The notes beneath the pieces are model-generated. The model ran no database searches. It was not told the origin of the DNA and worked only from the letters and a program-made list of their open reading frames with translations. A DNA stretch of 64,000 bases from an uncultured Spirochaetota bacterium (GTDB lineage: Bacteria; Spirochaetota; Spirochaetia; SZUA-6; Fen-1364), in the NCBI GenBank assembly GCA_963845535.1, contig CAWJSK010000018.1:32001-96000 (forward strand). Direction: 5' to 3'. Shown in pieces: positions 1-9,933 of the stretch (the first letter of the stretch is position 1; each line of letters opens with the position of its first letter). The translations under genes were made by a program, and so were the position numbers.

Positions 1-11
1 TGCAAAGTCTG

Positions 12-707
12 ATGATTCCAGAAAAAGAAGTCATGAAAGTCGTCCAAGATATCTATATCGCCCATTATCAGGCGGTTAACGGAGTGGATGCGAATAAAGC
101 ACGCCAGAGCTGGGTTGCCGCCAGCGGGAACAACTTCGAAGACTTCATGCGCCACTTCATCAACGACAACCTTAACGCTGAGGGCATTCTTGCAGTAAAG
201 GGCGATCGTTTGAGGCAAAAGCCGCAAGCAATTAAGATTGTTGAGTTCCTTACCCTCAAGGCAAATCGCCGTTGCACTCAAACAACAACCGGAGTCTGGC
301 CTGATTCAGACATCGTGGTGCTGACGAAGGAAAAGACAGGAGCTCTTAAGGCCTTCGCTCTTCTAAATTGCAAGACAAGCGATCATAGCAGAAACGATGC
401 AGTCCTCTTTTGGGCTTTGGCGCTACGTGACAATAACATCAAGTATTGTCTCTTAACCCAGGACCTCGACAAGCGATTCGCCAAAGGAGATTCTGATCCA
501 CAAGTCAGCAACCTGCGAAAAAAAGCAGAAGCATTTCTCGACAGAGTGTACTCCACCAATCCTACAACTACGGAATGTTCGCAGGTAAAGAGATTGGATT
601 TCAGGACTCCGGGTGGGGCTGATTCCTTGTTAATGGATCTTCGCCATTGGCGCCAGGATGTAGTGCCCAATTTTGTATTGGAAACCTTGGAAGAGAAGTC
701 TCTTTAG
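12..707 (+). CDS. PD-(D/E)XK nuclease, BsaWI-like type II restriction endonuclease
   Basis: 231 aa; QSW..ASGNNFE helix, PDSDIVV, then CKTS..R....W, the motif order I recall for BsaWI/CCGG-family REases; lower GC than the flanks; no MTase in window. Confidence 0.65.
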   Translation: MIPEKEVMKVVQDIYIAHYQAVNGVDANKARQSWVAASGNNFEDFMRHFINDNLNAEGILAVKGDRLRQKPQAIKIVEFLTLKANRRCTQTTTGVWPDSDIVVLTKEKTGALKAFALLNCKTSDHSRNDAVLFWALALRDNNIKYCLLTQDLDKRFAKGDSDPQVSNLRKKAEAFLDRVYSTNPTTTECSQVKRLDFRTPGGADSLLMDLRHWRQDVVPNFVLETLEEKSL

Positions 708-961
708 AGAGCCGAGCGAACCTGATTGTTTACTCCACGAATCCCCGCAGCTCCCCCATCAGGCAAGAGTTTCTAAAGCCATCAACGGGTGACTCAGAGG
801 CGTGAGGCAGACCCCCTACCCATTGCCCGCGTCATTTGGCAAGAGCGATTCACAATAGGTCCTTGTCGTGAGAAAGTGCGTTTTAACAGTAAGCGAGTGG
901 CGAACCCCACCTGTTGCGGCGCAGCGAGCTAGGCCATAGTCCCTCCTCGAGGAGGGACACG

Positions 962-1267
962 ATGAAGCACGACCGGGAGTTCTGGACTCGTCACGTTGAG
1001 AACTGGCGGGCAAGCGGGCTGACACAGAAAGCGTATTGCACTCGCCGCCGGCTGGCGAAGGGAAGCCTGGGCTACTGGGCATCGACACTGGGGCGGCGGA
1101 AGGCAGCGGTGACGGACCTGGTGGAGGTCGGACGTACCGAGGTCAAGCCGCCGCAGTCGAACTGCCCTATCGAGTTGGCCGTGCAGGGTGGGTATCTGCT
1201 TCGGCTGTGGCCGGGGGTGGAGCCCGCACACCTGCGCCTGGTGCTCTCGGTGCTGGAGCGCCGCTGA
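962..1267 (+). CDS. tnpA: IS66 accessory protein TnpA
   Basis: ATG 962 after GGAGG; FW..HVENWRASGLTQKAYC HTH-like start typical of IS66 orfA. Confidence 0.88.
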   Translation: MKHDREFWTRHVENWRASGLTQKAYCTRRRLAKGSLGYWASTLGRRKAAVTDLVEVGRTEVKPPQSNCPIELAVQGGYLLRLWPGVEPAHLRLVLSVLERR

Positions 1268-1620
1268 TGATCGGCTTGGAGGTCAAAGAGGCGCGGGTCT
1301 TTGTGCGGCCGGGCCGCACCGACATGCGCAAGCAGATCAACGGGTTGGCCGTAATGGCGGAGCAGGTGATGGAGGCCAGCGTCTTTGAGCCTTCACTGTT
1401 TCTGTTCTGCAACGGTGAGCGACGCATTCTGAAGGCGTTGTACTGGGATCGCAATGGGTTTTGTCTATGGCAAAAGAGACTGCAGAAAGATCACTTCCCC
1501 TGGCCTCGAAGCAGCGAGCAGGCCCGCTTGGAGATCGACACGGAGAAGTTGCGCATGCTGCTGGAGGGCATCGACTTCTGGTCGGCACACCAGCCGTTGA
1601 GCTACCAGCGAGTGAGCTGA
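1267..1620 (+). CDS. tnpB: IS66 accessory protein TnpB
   Basis: TGATG coupling to tnpA; TDMRKQINGL, LFLFCN, KALYWDRNGFCLWQKRL. Confidence 0.93.
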   Translation: MIGLEVKEARVFVRPGRTDMRKQINGLAVMAEQVMEASVFEPSLFLFCNGERRILKALYWDRNGFCLWQKRLQKDHFPWPRSSEQARLEIDTEKLRMLLEGIDFWSAHQPLSYQRVS

Positions 1621-1662
1621 AAAAAGATAGCCGAAAGCGGGAGAAATCATTGCCTTCGATCA

Positions 1663-3222
1663 TTGGGCTGTGATACTCTGCCCCGCGTGGAGGGGAACGT
1701 CGAGACGCTCGTGCTGGAGAACGCGCAGCTGCGGCGAGAGATTGCCGAACTTGCCAAGCGCGTGGAGATCCTCGCCGAGCAAAACGCGTGGCTGAAGCAG
1801 CGGTTCTTCGGGCGCAGCAGCGAAGCGCTGAGCCTCGAGGAGCAGCGTCAGCTAAAGCTGTTCGACGAGGCGGAGCTTGCCGCCGCAGAGTCGGAGAGCA
1901 CACGGGGGCAGCTCGACCTGGTTCGCATTCCCGAGCATGTGCGGCAGCAGCCCAAGCGGAGACCGCTACCGCAGGCCCTCCCGCGAGTAGAAGTGATCAT
2001 CGACATCCCCGAAGAGCAGAAGCACTGTGGCTGCGGCGCTGAGTTGGTGCGCATCGATGAGGAATCCAGCGAGAAGCTGGACGTGATTCCTCCGCAGCTT
2101 CGGGTGATTCGTACCATTCGACCGATGTACGCCTGCCATGTCTGCGAAGGCTCTGGGGATGAAGGACGGCCGGCGGTGCGTATCGCGCCGATGCCCCCCG
2201 CGATTATCGACAAGGGAATCGCAAGCGCAGGGTTGCTGGCCTACATCGTGACGAGCAAGTTCTGTGACTCTCTGCCGCTGTACCGCCAGCAGAAGCAGTT
2301 TGCGCGCATCGGGGTGGAGCTGTCCCGTCGGACGATGGCCGACTGGATGATCGCGGCCAGTGAAGCGTGCGCTCCGCTGATGAAACTCCTGGAGGTGAAA
2401 GTACGCTCGGGGCCGCTGCTGCAACTGGATGAGACACGCCTTCAGGTCCTGGGAGAGCCCGGACGAGCCAACACTGCGCTGAGTTACATGTGGGTCGCCC
2501 GTGGAGGGCCACCCGAGGCGCCGGTGATTCTGTACCACTATGCCCCCAGCCGCGGCACGGAGGTAGCAGTAGAGATGCTCGGGGACTACGAAGGCTACGT
2601 ACAGACCGACGGCTACGAAGTCTACGACCGAGCCTGTGACGGAGCGAAGAACGTGGTGCACGTTGGATGTTTTGCCCACGCACGTCGAAAGTTCCACGAT
2701 GCGCACAAGAACTCGAAAAAGGCGGGCAGCGCGGAAGAGGCCTTAGCGACGATCGCCGGACTGTACCGAGTAGAGAACCAACGGGAGCGCTACACGGATC
2801 CGCAGGAGTTTGCGGCCGAACGACGTCGGCAGGTGGAACCAATTCTGGCGGAGTTCCACACATGGCTGGAACGCCGAGCCGCTCAGGTTCCTCCCGAGAC
2901 GTTGCTGGGCAAGGCGGTCGGCTACACGTTGGGGCAATGGCCCAAGCTCATTCGCTATCTGGACCACCCTGCGATGACCCCGGATACCAACTTGGTCGAA
3001 GGGGCCATACGTCCCTTTGTGCTAGGCCGGAAAAATTGGCTGTTCTCGGGCAGCCCCCGAGGTGCTACCGCCAGCGCGGTGCTGTTCAGCATCATCGAGA
3101 CAGCTCGCGCGAACGGCAAGGAACCCTACTGGTATCTGCGCCAGCTCTTCGAGGCACTCCCAACGGCCCGTTCGGAGGCTGACATCCTGCGCCTATCCCC
3201 GTTCCGCTCCGCCGAGCCCTGA
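1663..3222 (+). CDS. tnpC: IS66 DDE transposase TnpC
   Basis: Leucine-zipper N-terminus, FGRSSE, Zn finger, LQLDET, QTDGY, CFAHARRKF, DTNLVEGAIRP..GRKNWLF; real start may be GTG 1687. Confidence 0.95.
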   Translation: MGCDTLPRVEGNVETLVLENAQLRREIAELAKRVEILAEQNAWLKQRFFGRSSEALSLEEQRQLKLFDEAELAAAESESTRGQLDLVRIPEHVRQQPKRRPLPQALPRVEVIIDIPEEQKHCGCGAELVRIDEESSEKLDVIPPQLRVIRTIRPMYACHVCEGSGDEGRPAVRIAPMPPAIIDKGIASAGLLAYIVTSKFCDSLPLYRQQKQFARIGVELSRRTMADWMIAASEACAPLMKLLEVKVRSGPLLQLDETRLQVLGEPGRANTALSYMWVARGGPPEAPVILYHYAPSRGTEVAVEMLGDYEGYVQTDGYEVYDRACDGAKNVVHVGCFAHARRKFHDAHKNSKKAGSAEEALATIAGLYRVENQRERYTDPQEFAAERRRQVEPILAEFHTWLERRAAQVPPETLLGKAVGYTLGQWPKLIRYLDHPAMTPDTNLVEGAIRPFVLGRKNWLFSGSPRGATASAVLFSIIETARANGKEPYWYLRQLFEALPTARSEADILRLSPFRSAEP

Positions 3223-3999
3223 CCCGACAGGGGTGGGGTTCGCCACTCGCTTACTTTTAACAACCTATCGCAGATAGGTTGTATACTTGGCTTTGCGCTT
3301 GAAGGGGATGTTGAAGGATCGCCTTCGGCGCATTCTCTCGCAGGCACCGATAGAGGGCGCATCGGCACCCGTGTGGAAAGCGCGGTTCCCTTGTGCCGGC
3401 CGCTCTGGTGATGGCGCTTCACGTCCTCCGTCGGGGACCTCTTGTCAGCCGACGAATATGAAATTCCGTTCTGGTACTAGCGCGTCTTGCGCTGCTCGCC
3501 CTCAGCCCCGAAGACAGGCGGTTGATACTGATTTCGAGGAACGGGATTTCCGGAAGCCTAAGTATTTTCTTCGATCCGGGCTCTTCAGACTGACAACGCC
3601 TTTTTCGAGCGAAAGCTCGAGGTCCTTCGGGGCTACCTGAAAGCGCACGAGAAGGAGGAAAACGTGCCGTATGATCTTGTGCCCCCAACGGCGTCGATCG
3701 TGACTCTCCGCAGGCTTGAAAACGCCGAGTTGGGTAGCCGTGTCGGCGAGGAAGAGGTGGCGCAAGGATGAGGCTGTCAAACATGGTGGACCGAAGGCAG
3801 GTTATTGGCACAGCAGGCGGATTCTCGCGCACAAATTAAGGTCGATACACTTTCACAATCAAGTTCTTGGGCTGCGTTCTGCTGCTTCCCTGCGAAGCTC
3901 CTGCAAGGGAACAGTCTGTCCTGACGGCTATGTCGCTGCCAATTTTGCCGTGTCGACAGCCATAACGACTCGGCTTTTACCATCCTTAGAACATCCCTT

Positions 4000-4575
4000 T
4001 CACTTATTGTCTAAGGCCCGGGAAATTAGTCCGTCACTCCGCATTGCGGTTATGGTGTCTGCAATGATTTTGTCAACATCGTCGGAACTAATCGAACCAA
4101 TATAGTTCCCGGCCATTGCTTTTGGTGCATCAAATTTAGCCTTGGCTCGCCAAACAGTGCGACCGAGTTCTGCGTCCACGATAGTAAAGTCGAAAACGCC
4201 GCTGACAAGCTCCTTTTGCTGATTAACATTTTCTTCAGAAAGCCCTACAAGCATCACCACACTAGCACCAAAACCTTTCATGGCATTCTGCAATTCATCC
4301 TTGCTCAACTCCAAACCTCTCAGTCGCTTTCCCTTGGTTTCGATTCCTGCGGCGGCTAACTTCTTCTGCATGCTGTCGGCCAGATAGTCACCAAGTATAT
4401 CGCTGCTACCAATCGTTCCATCGTTCAAGTTGCTCTCTCCTGTGTCTACCACCAAGTAGAGGCGATCCAAGACCTTGGTATAGTCTTGGTCTTTCTTGGA
4501 TTCCACTGACATAGTCGACGCACAGGCTGCAAGAACGCAAACGGTGATAGTGAGCAGGATTAAGGACTTCCACAT
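4000..4575 (-). CDS. Hypothetical lipoprotein
   Basis: MWKSLILLTITVCVLAAC signal with LAAC lipobox; GGAGG RBS; C-terminal D...GRTVWRA motif. Confidence 0.7.
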   Translation of the reverse strand: MWKSLILLTITVCVLAACASTMSVESKKDQDYTKVLDRLYLVVDTGESNLNDGTIGSSDILGDYLADSMQKKLAAAGIETKGKRLRGLELSKDELQNAMKGFGASVVMLVGLSEENVNQQKELVSGVFDFTIVDAELGRTVWRAKAKFDAPKAMAGNYIGSISSDDVDKIIADTITAMRSDGLISRALDNK

Positions 4576-4638
4576 GACAGGCCCTCCAGTGGCGTTTAAC
4601 TGATCCCGCTTTGGCACGACGGCTCCTTGCAGACACTC

Positions 4639-5577
4639 CTACACGAGCACCGTTATAGCAAGCCAGCCAAAGACTGCCAGGGGATAGAAGCAGGCTATGT
4701 TGAAGAACCGCAGCGCCTCGTCGGCGGCCTGCCGGCGGAGCCAGCGCGAGATCGGCACGAGAAGCAGCGCGACGCCTGCGGCGGTCGCCCCGGCAAGGTA
4801 GAACAGGGCTCGCGGCATGGGAACCACAAGGGGAAAGAGCAGGCTGAGGACGACCACGGCCGAAACGAAAGCAAAGGAAATCCACGAGGCCGCCTTCTGG
4901 CCATGCCGTACCGGGACAGTCTTGATGCCGAGGTGACGGTCCTCCTCGAGATCGCTCCAGTCGTTGGGAATGTTCCTGCCGCCGATTTCCCAGGTGAAGG
5001 CCCAGGCAAAGAACACGAGCACCATGGCGACGCTCGGAGCGACGTTTACCGCCCAGACGCCTGCCAGGCCGCCTACGCCTACCATCAGTCCCGAGAGCAG
5101 CCCTTTCCAGTAGCTCACGCGCAGGAGCTTGCAGTAGACCGTTTCGAGGATGAACGCCCCCGCCAGCAGGAACGCACAGCTTGGCCGCAGAAGGAACGCA
5201 AGGACAAGGGAAAGGAGGCCCCAGAACGCCACCCAGGCGACCCCCGCCCCATAGCTGAGGCTGTCCTGGGCGAGGGGGTGACGCTGCCCCATGGAATCGA
5301 GATCGAAGGTTGCGCGGTCGGATCGATATTTCACCATCTTCTCGCGATCTACCTTCACATCGATGACGTCGTTGAGCGCAAAGACCGAGGTGTAGCCGGC
5401 GAAGCCGGCGACCAGCCCCAGGATGATCGTGCGAGTCGACGGCGGGCCTCCGAGGAGCACGGCAGCCAGCGCGCCGCCCACCGCGGGATGAGCCACGTCG
5501 AGAACGGAATGCGTCATCCTCGAAAGCCCGAAGAACTGCTTGATTCCTATGACTTGGCGTACCTGCGCGGCGTCCAT
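4639..5577 (-). CDS. UbiA-family prenyltransferase (non-MenA type)
   Basis: Multi-TM; NDVIDVKVD and NDWSDLEED Asp-rich motifs, RHPL, YCKL, GIKTVPV. Confidence 0.9.
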   Translation of the reverse strand: MDAAQVRQVIGIKQFFGLSRMTHSVLDVAHPAVGGALAAVLLGGPPSTRTIILGLVAGFAGYTSVFALNDVIDVKVDREKMVKYRSDRATFDLDSMGQRHPLAQDSLSYGAGVAWVAFWGLLSLVLAFLLRPSCAFLLAGAFILETVYCKLLRVSYWKGLLSGLMVGVGGLAGVWAVNVAPSVAMVLVFFAWAFTWEIGGRNIPNDWSDLEEDRHLGIKTVPVRHGQKAASWISFAFVSAVVVLSLLFPLVVPMPRALFYLAGATAAGVALLLVPISRWLRRQAADEALRFFNIACFYPLAVFGWLAITVLV

Positions 5578-5590
5578 GCAAACCTCCTCT

Positions 5591-6167
5591 CTATTGCCCT
5601 CGCGCTGATTGCGCCGGCGTCGTTGACTGCGCCCGGCCGCTTGATGTGGGCACTGCCGCCCTGCGTGCGCGGAACACCCCGTAGCGGCACAGGTCCCTGC
5701 CGAATGCGAGGCGCATCAACAGGAACGTGGGTACTTCCCGCAGGGACTTGATCAAGCCCAGCAGGCCGAAACGCAGGAGCCCCTCGGGTCGAAGGACGCC
5801 CTGCCAAATCGACCATAGTTTGTCCAGTCGGCCGTCTCCACGCCTCCTTCGACCAGCCCCGTGGCATCCAGCAGCTCGGAGAAGCCCTCGACACTGGCGA
5901 ACGCAGGATGCGACCACTGGTCGAGAAGTTGCCGCATCACGGGCTTTTCCCAGAAGTTCAAGGGGACCGCGCGTCCCTCTGGTTCCAATCCGCAAGCATC
6001 AGGATCCCCCCGGGCTTGAGCACCCGTATCAGCTCTCCGGCAAAGACTGCCTTGTCGGGCATGTGGGGTCCGGACGATTGGTAACGACGAGCGGTTACGA
6101 GATATAGGACGACGCCGATGGCGAGCAGCGCCGCAAGAACGCAGATCACGATCAGAAGCGCACTCAC
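5591..6167 (-). pseudogene. Degraded cyanobacterial-type MPBQ/MSBQ methyltransferase (Sll0418-like)
   Basis: Three frames join to LYLVTARRYQSS|GPHMPDKAVFAGELIRVLKPGG..ADWNQRD / PLNFWEKPVMRQLLDQWSHPAFAS..ADWT / IWQG..RPEG..IKSLREVPTFLLMRLAFG; SAM-binding core absent; two further frame breaks. Confidence 0.85.
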
Positions 6168-6606
6168 GAGGCGGGCACCTCGGTCCTGCCAGGAACGGTT
6201 TTATGGCCCGCCGTGGCCCATCTCGAACGGGCAAGAGGAATGTCCCTTGGCGGCAGTTCATGAGGGTCCCATTCTACTGGTACGGCACATCACGTCCAGG
6301 CGACAAGGTCGCACTATTACTTCCGGGAAGTTGTCCAGCCATCTCCGCCAGTGAGAGAACCTTAAGCACTGCTTAATCACCCACACTACCGTTTTGCCAC
6401 CAAACCGCCAACCGCAGGGACCATGTTGCTTTGTCATCATACACTAACCACAAGGCCCACGCTTCCTTATCCACTTTTCCACAATCTGATTTCTCGGATC
6501 TCGCTCTCTCCCAGACGCGGCGCTCGTTTCGGACGGCACACATTAACGCATAACATAAATTGCCGCTCGTCCCCGCCAGTCATATCATTACGGGAGTGAG
6601 GTTACC

Positions 6607-7524
6607 TTGAACAAGCTCGCCTTCCTCTTGATGTCGGCGCGACCGTGGTCCTTTTTTCTCAGCCTCGCCTCCGTGACCACCGGTTCGGTCGTCGCCTATG
6701 CCGCCGGTACCTTTCACATCGGCCGGTTCATAGTGGTGGAGATCGGGTCGGTGGTCATGCACGCGGGAATCAATCTGCTCAACGACTACTTCGACTTCAA
6801 GCATGGGGTGGACGACGGGAACGTCGCGACGAGCCAGTATCGGTCTCACCCGCTCGTCGAAGGGACGATGAAGCCGGGCCAGATCCTTGCCGGAGCTGCC
6901 GTCTGCTACGCACTGGCGATTGCTGCCGCTGCGTACATGGCGGCTGCGGTCGGCTGGCCGCTTGCGGTCATAATGGCCGCGGGGGTGCTTATCAGTTACT
7001 TCTACACCGCCGAACCGGTAAACTTCAAAAGGCGCGGGCTCGGCGAGCTTTCGATGTTCATCGCAACGGGACCCCTTATGGTGACCGGAGCCTACTTCCT
7101 ACAGACCGGTTCGTGGGACAACATCGGCAGAGTGGTGCTCATCTCTATTCCGGTGGGGATGTGGTGGTCGCTCATCCTTTCGGCCAACAACCTCAAGGAT
7201 ATCGATACCGACCGCAAGACGCTCGGCAGAACCGTCGCGAGCATGCTCGGCCGCCGGAGGGCGGTTCTTTTCTTTGCCTCTCTCGCGGCAGTTGTCTACG
7301 GCGGGACGCTCCTCGATATCTTGCTCGGGGTGATGCCGGTGTGGGCCGTCGCCGTTTATGTGACCCTTCCGCGCGTCATCGCGCTCGTCCGGCTCTTCTG
7401 GACCATCGATCGGATCCCTCCGAACGCCGATCCCATGACCGCACAGGTCGAGATCGTCTACAGTCTGCTGCTTGTCGCCTCGTTCGTGCTCAACCGATGG
7501 GTGCCACTCAATCTCTCGCTTTGA
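6607..7524 (+). CDS. menA: 1,4-dihydroxy-2-naphthoate polyprenyltransferase
   Basis: ARPWS start, NLLNDYFDFKHGVD, GLGE, ANNLKDIDTD..GRT, multi-TM. Confidence 0.88.
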   Translation: MNKLAFLLMSARPWSFFLSLASVTTGSVVAYAAGTFHIGRFIVVEIGSVVMHAGINLLNDYFDFKHGVDDGNVATSQYRSHPLVEGTMKPGQILAGAAVCYALAIAAAAYMAAAVGWPLAVIMAAGVLISYFYTAEPVNFKRRGLGELSMFIATGPLMVTGAYFLQTGSWDNIGRVVLISIPVGMWWSLILSANNLKDIDTDRKTLGRTVASMLGRRRAVLFFASLAAVVYGGTLLDILLGVMPVWAVAVYVTLPRVIALVRLFWTIDRIPPNADPMTAQVEIVYSLLLVASFVLNRWVPLNLSL

Positions 7525-8230
7525 TGCCGGCATGGATATAGGCGATGCCTCCGGAAAGTCGAACGATCTCTATCCGACCGAGCCCGACTGACGTCATGAG
7601 CTTCGCGAGCGCCTCCTGGTCGAGGAACGCGTTGATGGACGAGTAGAGGTAGGCGTAGGTGGGCTTCCACCCCGAGATCCTGCCTCCAAGCGCCGGCATC
7701 ACGTGCTTCAGATACCACCGGTACGCGCGTCCGAACAAGGTGCGAGGCGGGGGAGAAAACTCGAGGATCATAATCTTTCCCCCCGGCCGCACCACCCGCG
7801 CCATCTCTCTGATGCCGCCTTCGAAATCGTTCAGATTACGCAGTCCGAACGCGATGGAAGCGGCGTCGAAGCTCGCGTCCGCCCACGGCAGCGAAAGGGC
7901 GTCACCGAGGACGAGCTCGATGCGATCCGAAAGTCCGGCTCGCGCCACTTTTTCGTGCCCGCGCGCAAGCATCTCGCCTACGAAGTCGACGCCGCTCACC
8001 CTACAGTCCCGGCAGGCCCGTGCAAACGCTATTGCAAGGTCGGCGGTGCCGGTTGCGATGTCCGCTACGCGGCTTCCAGGAGCCAGATTCGCCATGCGCA
8101 CCAAGCGCGTCCTCCATGCCCGATCTATAGTGAAGCTGAAGAGGTGGTTGAGAAGATCGTAGGTCCGCACCACGCGGGAAAACATGTCGTGCACATCGGT
8201 CGATCGATAAAGTGTGTCAATATCTTTCAA
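7508..8230 (-). CDS. menG: Demethylmenaquinone / ubiquinone C-methyltransferase (UbiE/MenG)
   Basis: VHDMFS.V..YDLLNH..SF.IDRAWR, DIATGTAD, IAFGLRN, EMARVVRPGG, Y.YLYSSI. Confidence 0.92.
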   Translation of the reverse strand: MKDIDTLYRSTDVHDMFSRVVRTYDLLNHLFSFTIDRAWRTRLVRMANLAPGSRVADIATGTADLAIAFARACRDCRVSGVDFVGEMLARGHEKVARAGLSDRIELVLGDALSLPWADASFDAASIAFGLRNLNDFEGGIREMARVVRPGGKIMILEFSPPPRTLFGRAYRWYLKHVMPALGGRISGWKPTYAYLYSSINAFLDQEALAKLMTSVGLGRIEIVRLSGGIAYIHAGIKARD

Positions 8231-8266
8231 TTCATTCTCCTTGATTGCTCCACCTGCCTCGAGATG

Positions 8267-8923
8267 CTAGGTTCCGACGGGGAGCAACACAAAAATCGTG
8301 GTCGCCCAGAGCACGTGCGATATGACGGTAGGCGCGATGCTGCCCTCACGATAGTAGACGAATCCCCACGTTGCGCCTGCCGCGAAGGCAGCGATGATGA
8401 GCGCCGGGTTCAACGTCACGACGTGCACGAGTGTGTAGAAACCTGCCGTCGCAAAGAAGGCCGGCAAGCGGCCGTAGCGCTCGCCGAGCGTGCGCTGGAC
8501 GAAGCGGTGCCAGTAGATCTCCTCTGCCGGACTCGTGACGAAGAGAAGCAGCAGCGCAACGGCCCAGTGTGGAAGAGCGCGTCCGGTCGCGTAAACGGAA
8601 GCCACCATGCGGTGCGATTCCGGTACGAGGAGCGGCAGCAGCATGTTGCCGGCGTAGAAGATGCCGTAGAGGAAGGCAGCCGAGCCTATGCCGATGAGCA
8701 GGTGGCGCGGGCGGAAAGCGCAGAAGTCTTTGCGCCGCGGCACCATCTGCGTGAGGGAAATTGCCGCAAGAATCGGTGTTGCCACTGCCATCTTGGCCCA
8801 GAAGATGCCCTTGGGAAAATCAAAGACGATATACCAGAGTACAATCGCCACGACAAGCGATGCTGCGAGCGCCGCCAGGCGGGGACGGGATTCCTTCTGC
8901 GAAACAGCCCTCCGGTCGGTCAT
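8267..8923 (-). CDS. CPBP (Abi/Rce1-like) intramembrane metalloprotease
   Basis: AEEIYWHR, YTLVH, SHVLW motifs; ATGA overlap with upstream MDR stop. Confidence 0.85.
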   Translation of the reverse strand: MTDRRAVSQKESRPRLAALAASLVVAIVLWYIVFDFPKGIFWAKMAVATPILAAISLTQMVPRRKDFCAFRPRHLLIGIGSAAFLYGIFYAGNMLLPLLVPESHRMVASVYATGRALPHWAVALLLLFVTSPAEEIYWHRFVQRTLGERYGRLPAFFATAGFYTLVHVVTLNPALIIAAFAAGATWGFVYYREGSIAPTVISHVLWATTIFVLLPVGT

Positions 8924-9933
8924 AGCGCCAGAACGATCTTCCCTCTGTGCAGCCCCGCTTCGAGTTTCCTGTGCGCGTCGGCCGCCTCCGAGATCGGCAT
9001 CACGCTGTCGATGAGCGGAACCACACGCCGCTCCGCGACCAGCCGGATGACCGCCGCCATGTCGGCTTTCGTTCCGAGAAAGAGGCCCTGGACGCTCCGA
9101 TGGTGATAGTAGGTGAGGTGGATGTTGATTTCGGCGCTCCTTCCGCCCAGAATCCCGCACGCGAGCAGCCGCCCGCCGTTGGTGAGCATGGCAAGGCTCC
9201 GTTCGAAGGTGGCGCCCCCAATTGAATCTAGCACAATGTCAACGCCGCCGTCTGTTTCGTTCGCTACCCGCGCAAGAACATCGTCTGTCCGTCTGTCGAC
9301 CACGACATCTGCGCCTAGGGCGCGAAGCGCGGCGAGCCGATCGTCCGATCCCGCAGCGGCTATTGTGCGCGCTCCCGCGTCCCGGGCGATCTGCAAAGCC
9401 ATCGATCCGAGGATTCCGCCGCCGCCCCAGATGAAAACCGCGTCGCCACGCCCGATAGATCCAACCGTCCGGAGCGCGTGATATGCTGTGAGCCCGGCGA
9501 CCGGAAGAGAAACAGCCTCTTCGAAGGTAACCGAATCGGGAAGCGGAAATACATTCTCCTTCGGCACCGCGACAAACTCCGCGTATCCGCCCTTTACGTG
9601 CAGTCCGATGCTTCGCCAGGCAAGACAGAGGTTGGTGTGCCCGGCCCTGCAGGCGGAGCAGTTGCCGCACGAGAGGAGGGGGTATACAACGACACGTTCG
9701 CCGCTTTCTAAAAGCGTTCCGACGATATCCGCGCCGCAGATGTGCGGCAACGGTGTTTCGAGGCCCGGATACCCGTTCCTCACCAGGATGTCCATCCGAT
9801 TGACGCCGGTCGCGGCGACCCGCACAAGGACTTCCTCCTTGCCGGACACAGCCGATGGAACGGGATCAGGGAAGTCGCTTGCCAGCTTGAACACCTCCGG
9901 CCCACCGTAGGAGGCAATGGTCATTGCCCGCAT
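8920..9933 (-). CDS. MDR-family quinone/enoyl oxidoreductase with structural Zn site
   Basis: TGVNRMD and GAD replace catalytic Zn C/GHE; CGNCSAC..NLC; WGGGGILG; GKIVL C-terminus; RBS before ATG 9933. Confidence 0.88.
   Translation of the reverse strand: MRAMTIASYGGPEVFKLASDFPDPVPSAVSGKEEVLVRVAATGVNRMDILVRNGYPGLETPLPHICGADIVGTLLESGERVVVYPLLSCGNCSACRAGHTNLCLAWRSIGLHVKGGYAEFVAVPKENVFPLPDSVTFEEAVSLPVAGLTAYHALRTVGSIGRGDAVFIWGGGGILGSMALQIARDAGARTIAAAGSDDRLAALRALGADVVVDRRTDDVLARVANETDGGVDIVLDSIGGATFERSLAMLTNGGRLLACGILGGRSAEINIHLTYYHHRSVQGLFLGTKADMAAVIRLVAERRVVPLIDSVMPISEAADAHRKLEAGLHRGKIVLAL

Larger units (their letters stand above)
889..3254 (+). mobile_element. Complete IS66-family insertion sequence (2366 bp)
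   Basis: Perfect 23-bp terminal IRs GTAAGCGAGTGGCGAACCCCACC (889-911 / 3232-3254); 8-bp TSD TTTTAACA at 881-888 and 3255-3262; tnpA-tnpB-tnpC order. Confidence 0.97.

Noticed and set aside
3562..3771. Startless frame KLEVLRGYLKAHEKEENVPY resembling a hemerythrin motif
   Set aside because: Too short, no start codon, similarity could be chance
6467..6483. Two DnaA-box-like 9-mers (TTATCCACT, TTTTCCACA)
   Set aside because: Only two, no DUE or origin-linked genes; not enough for oriC
4406..9106. Alternative ORFs 4406-5581, 4627-5751, 6645-7541, 7703-9106
   Set aside because: Arg/Pro-rich shadow frames over ubiA, menA, menG and CPBP
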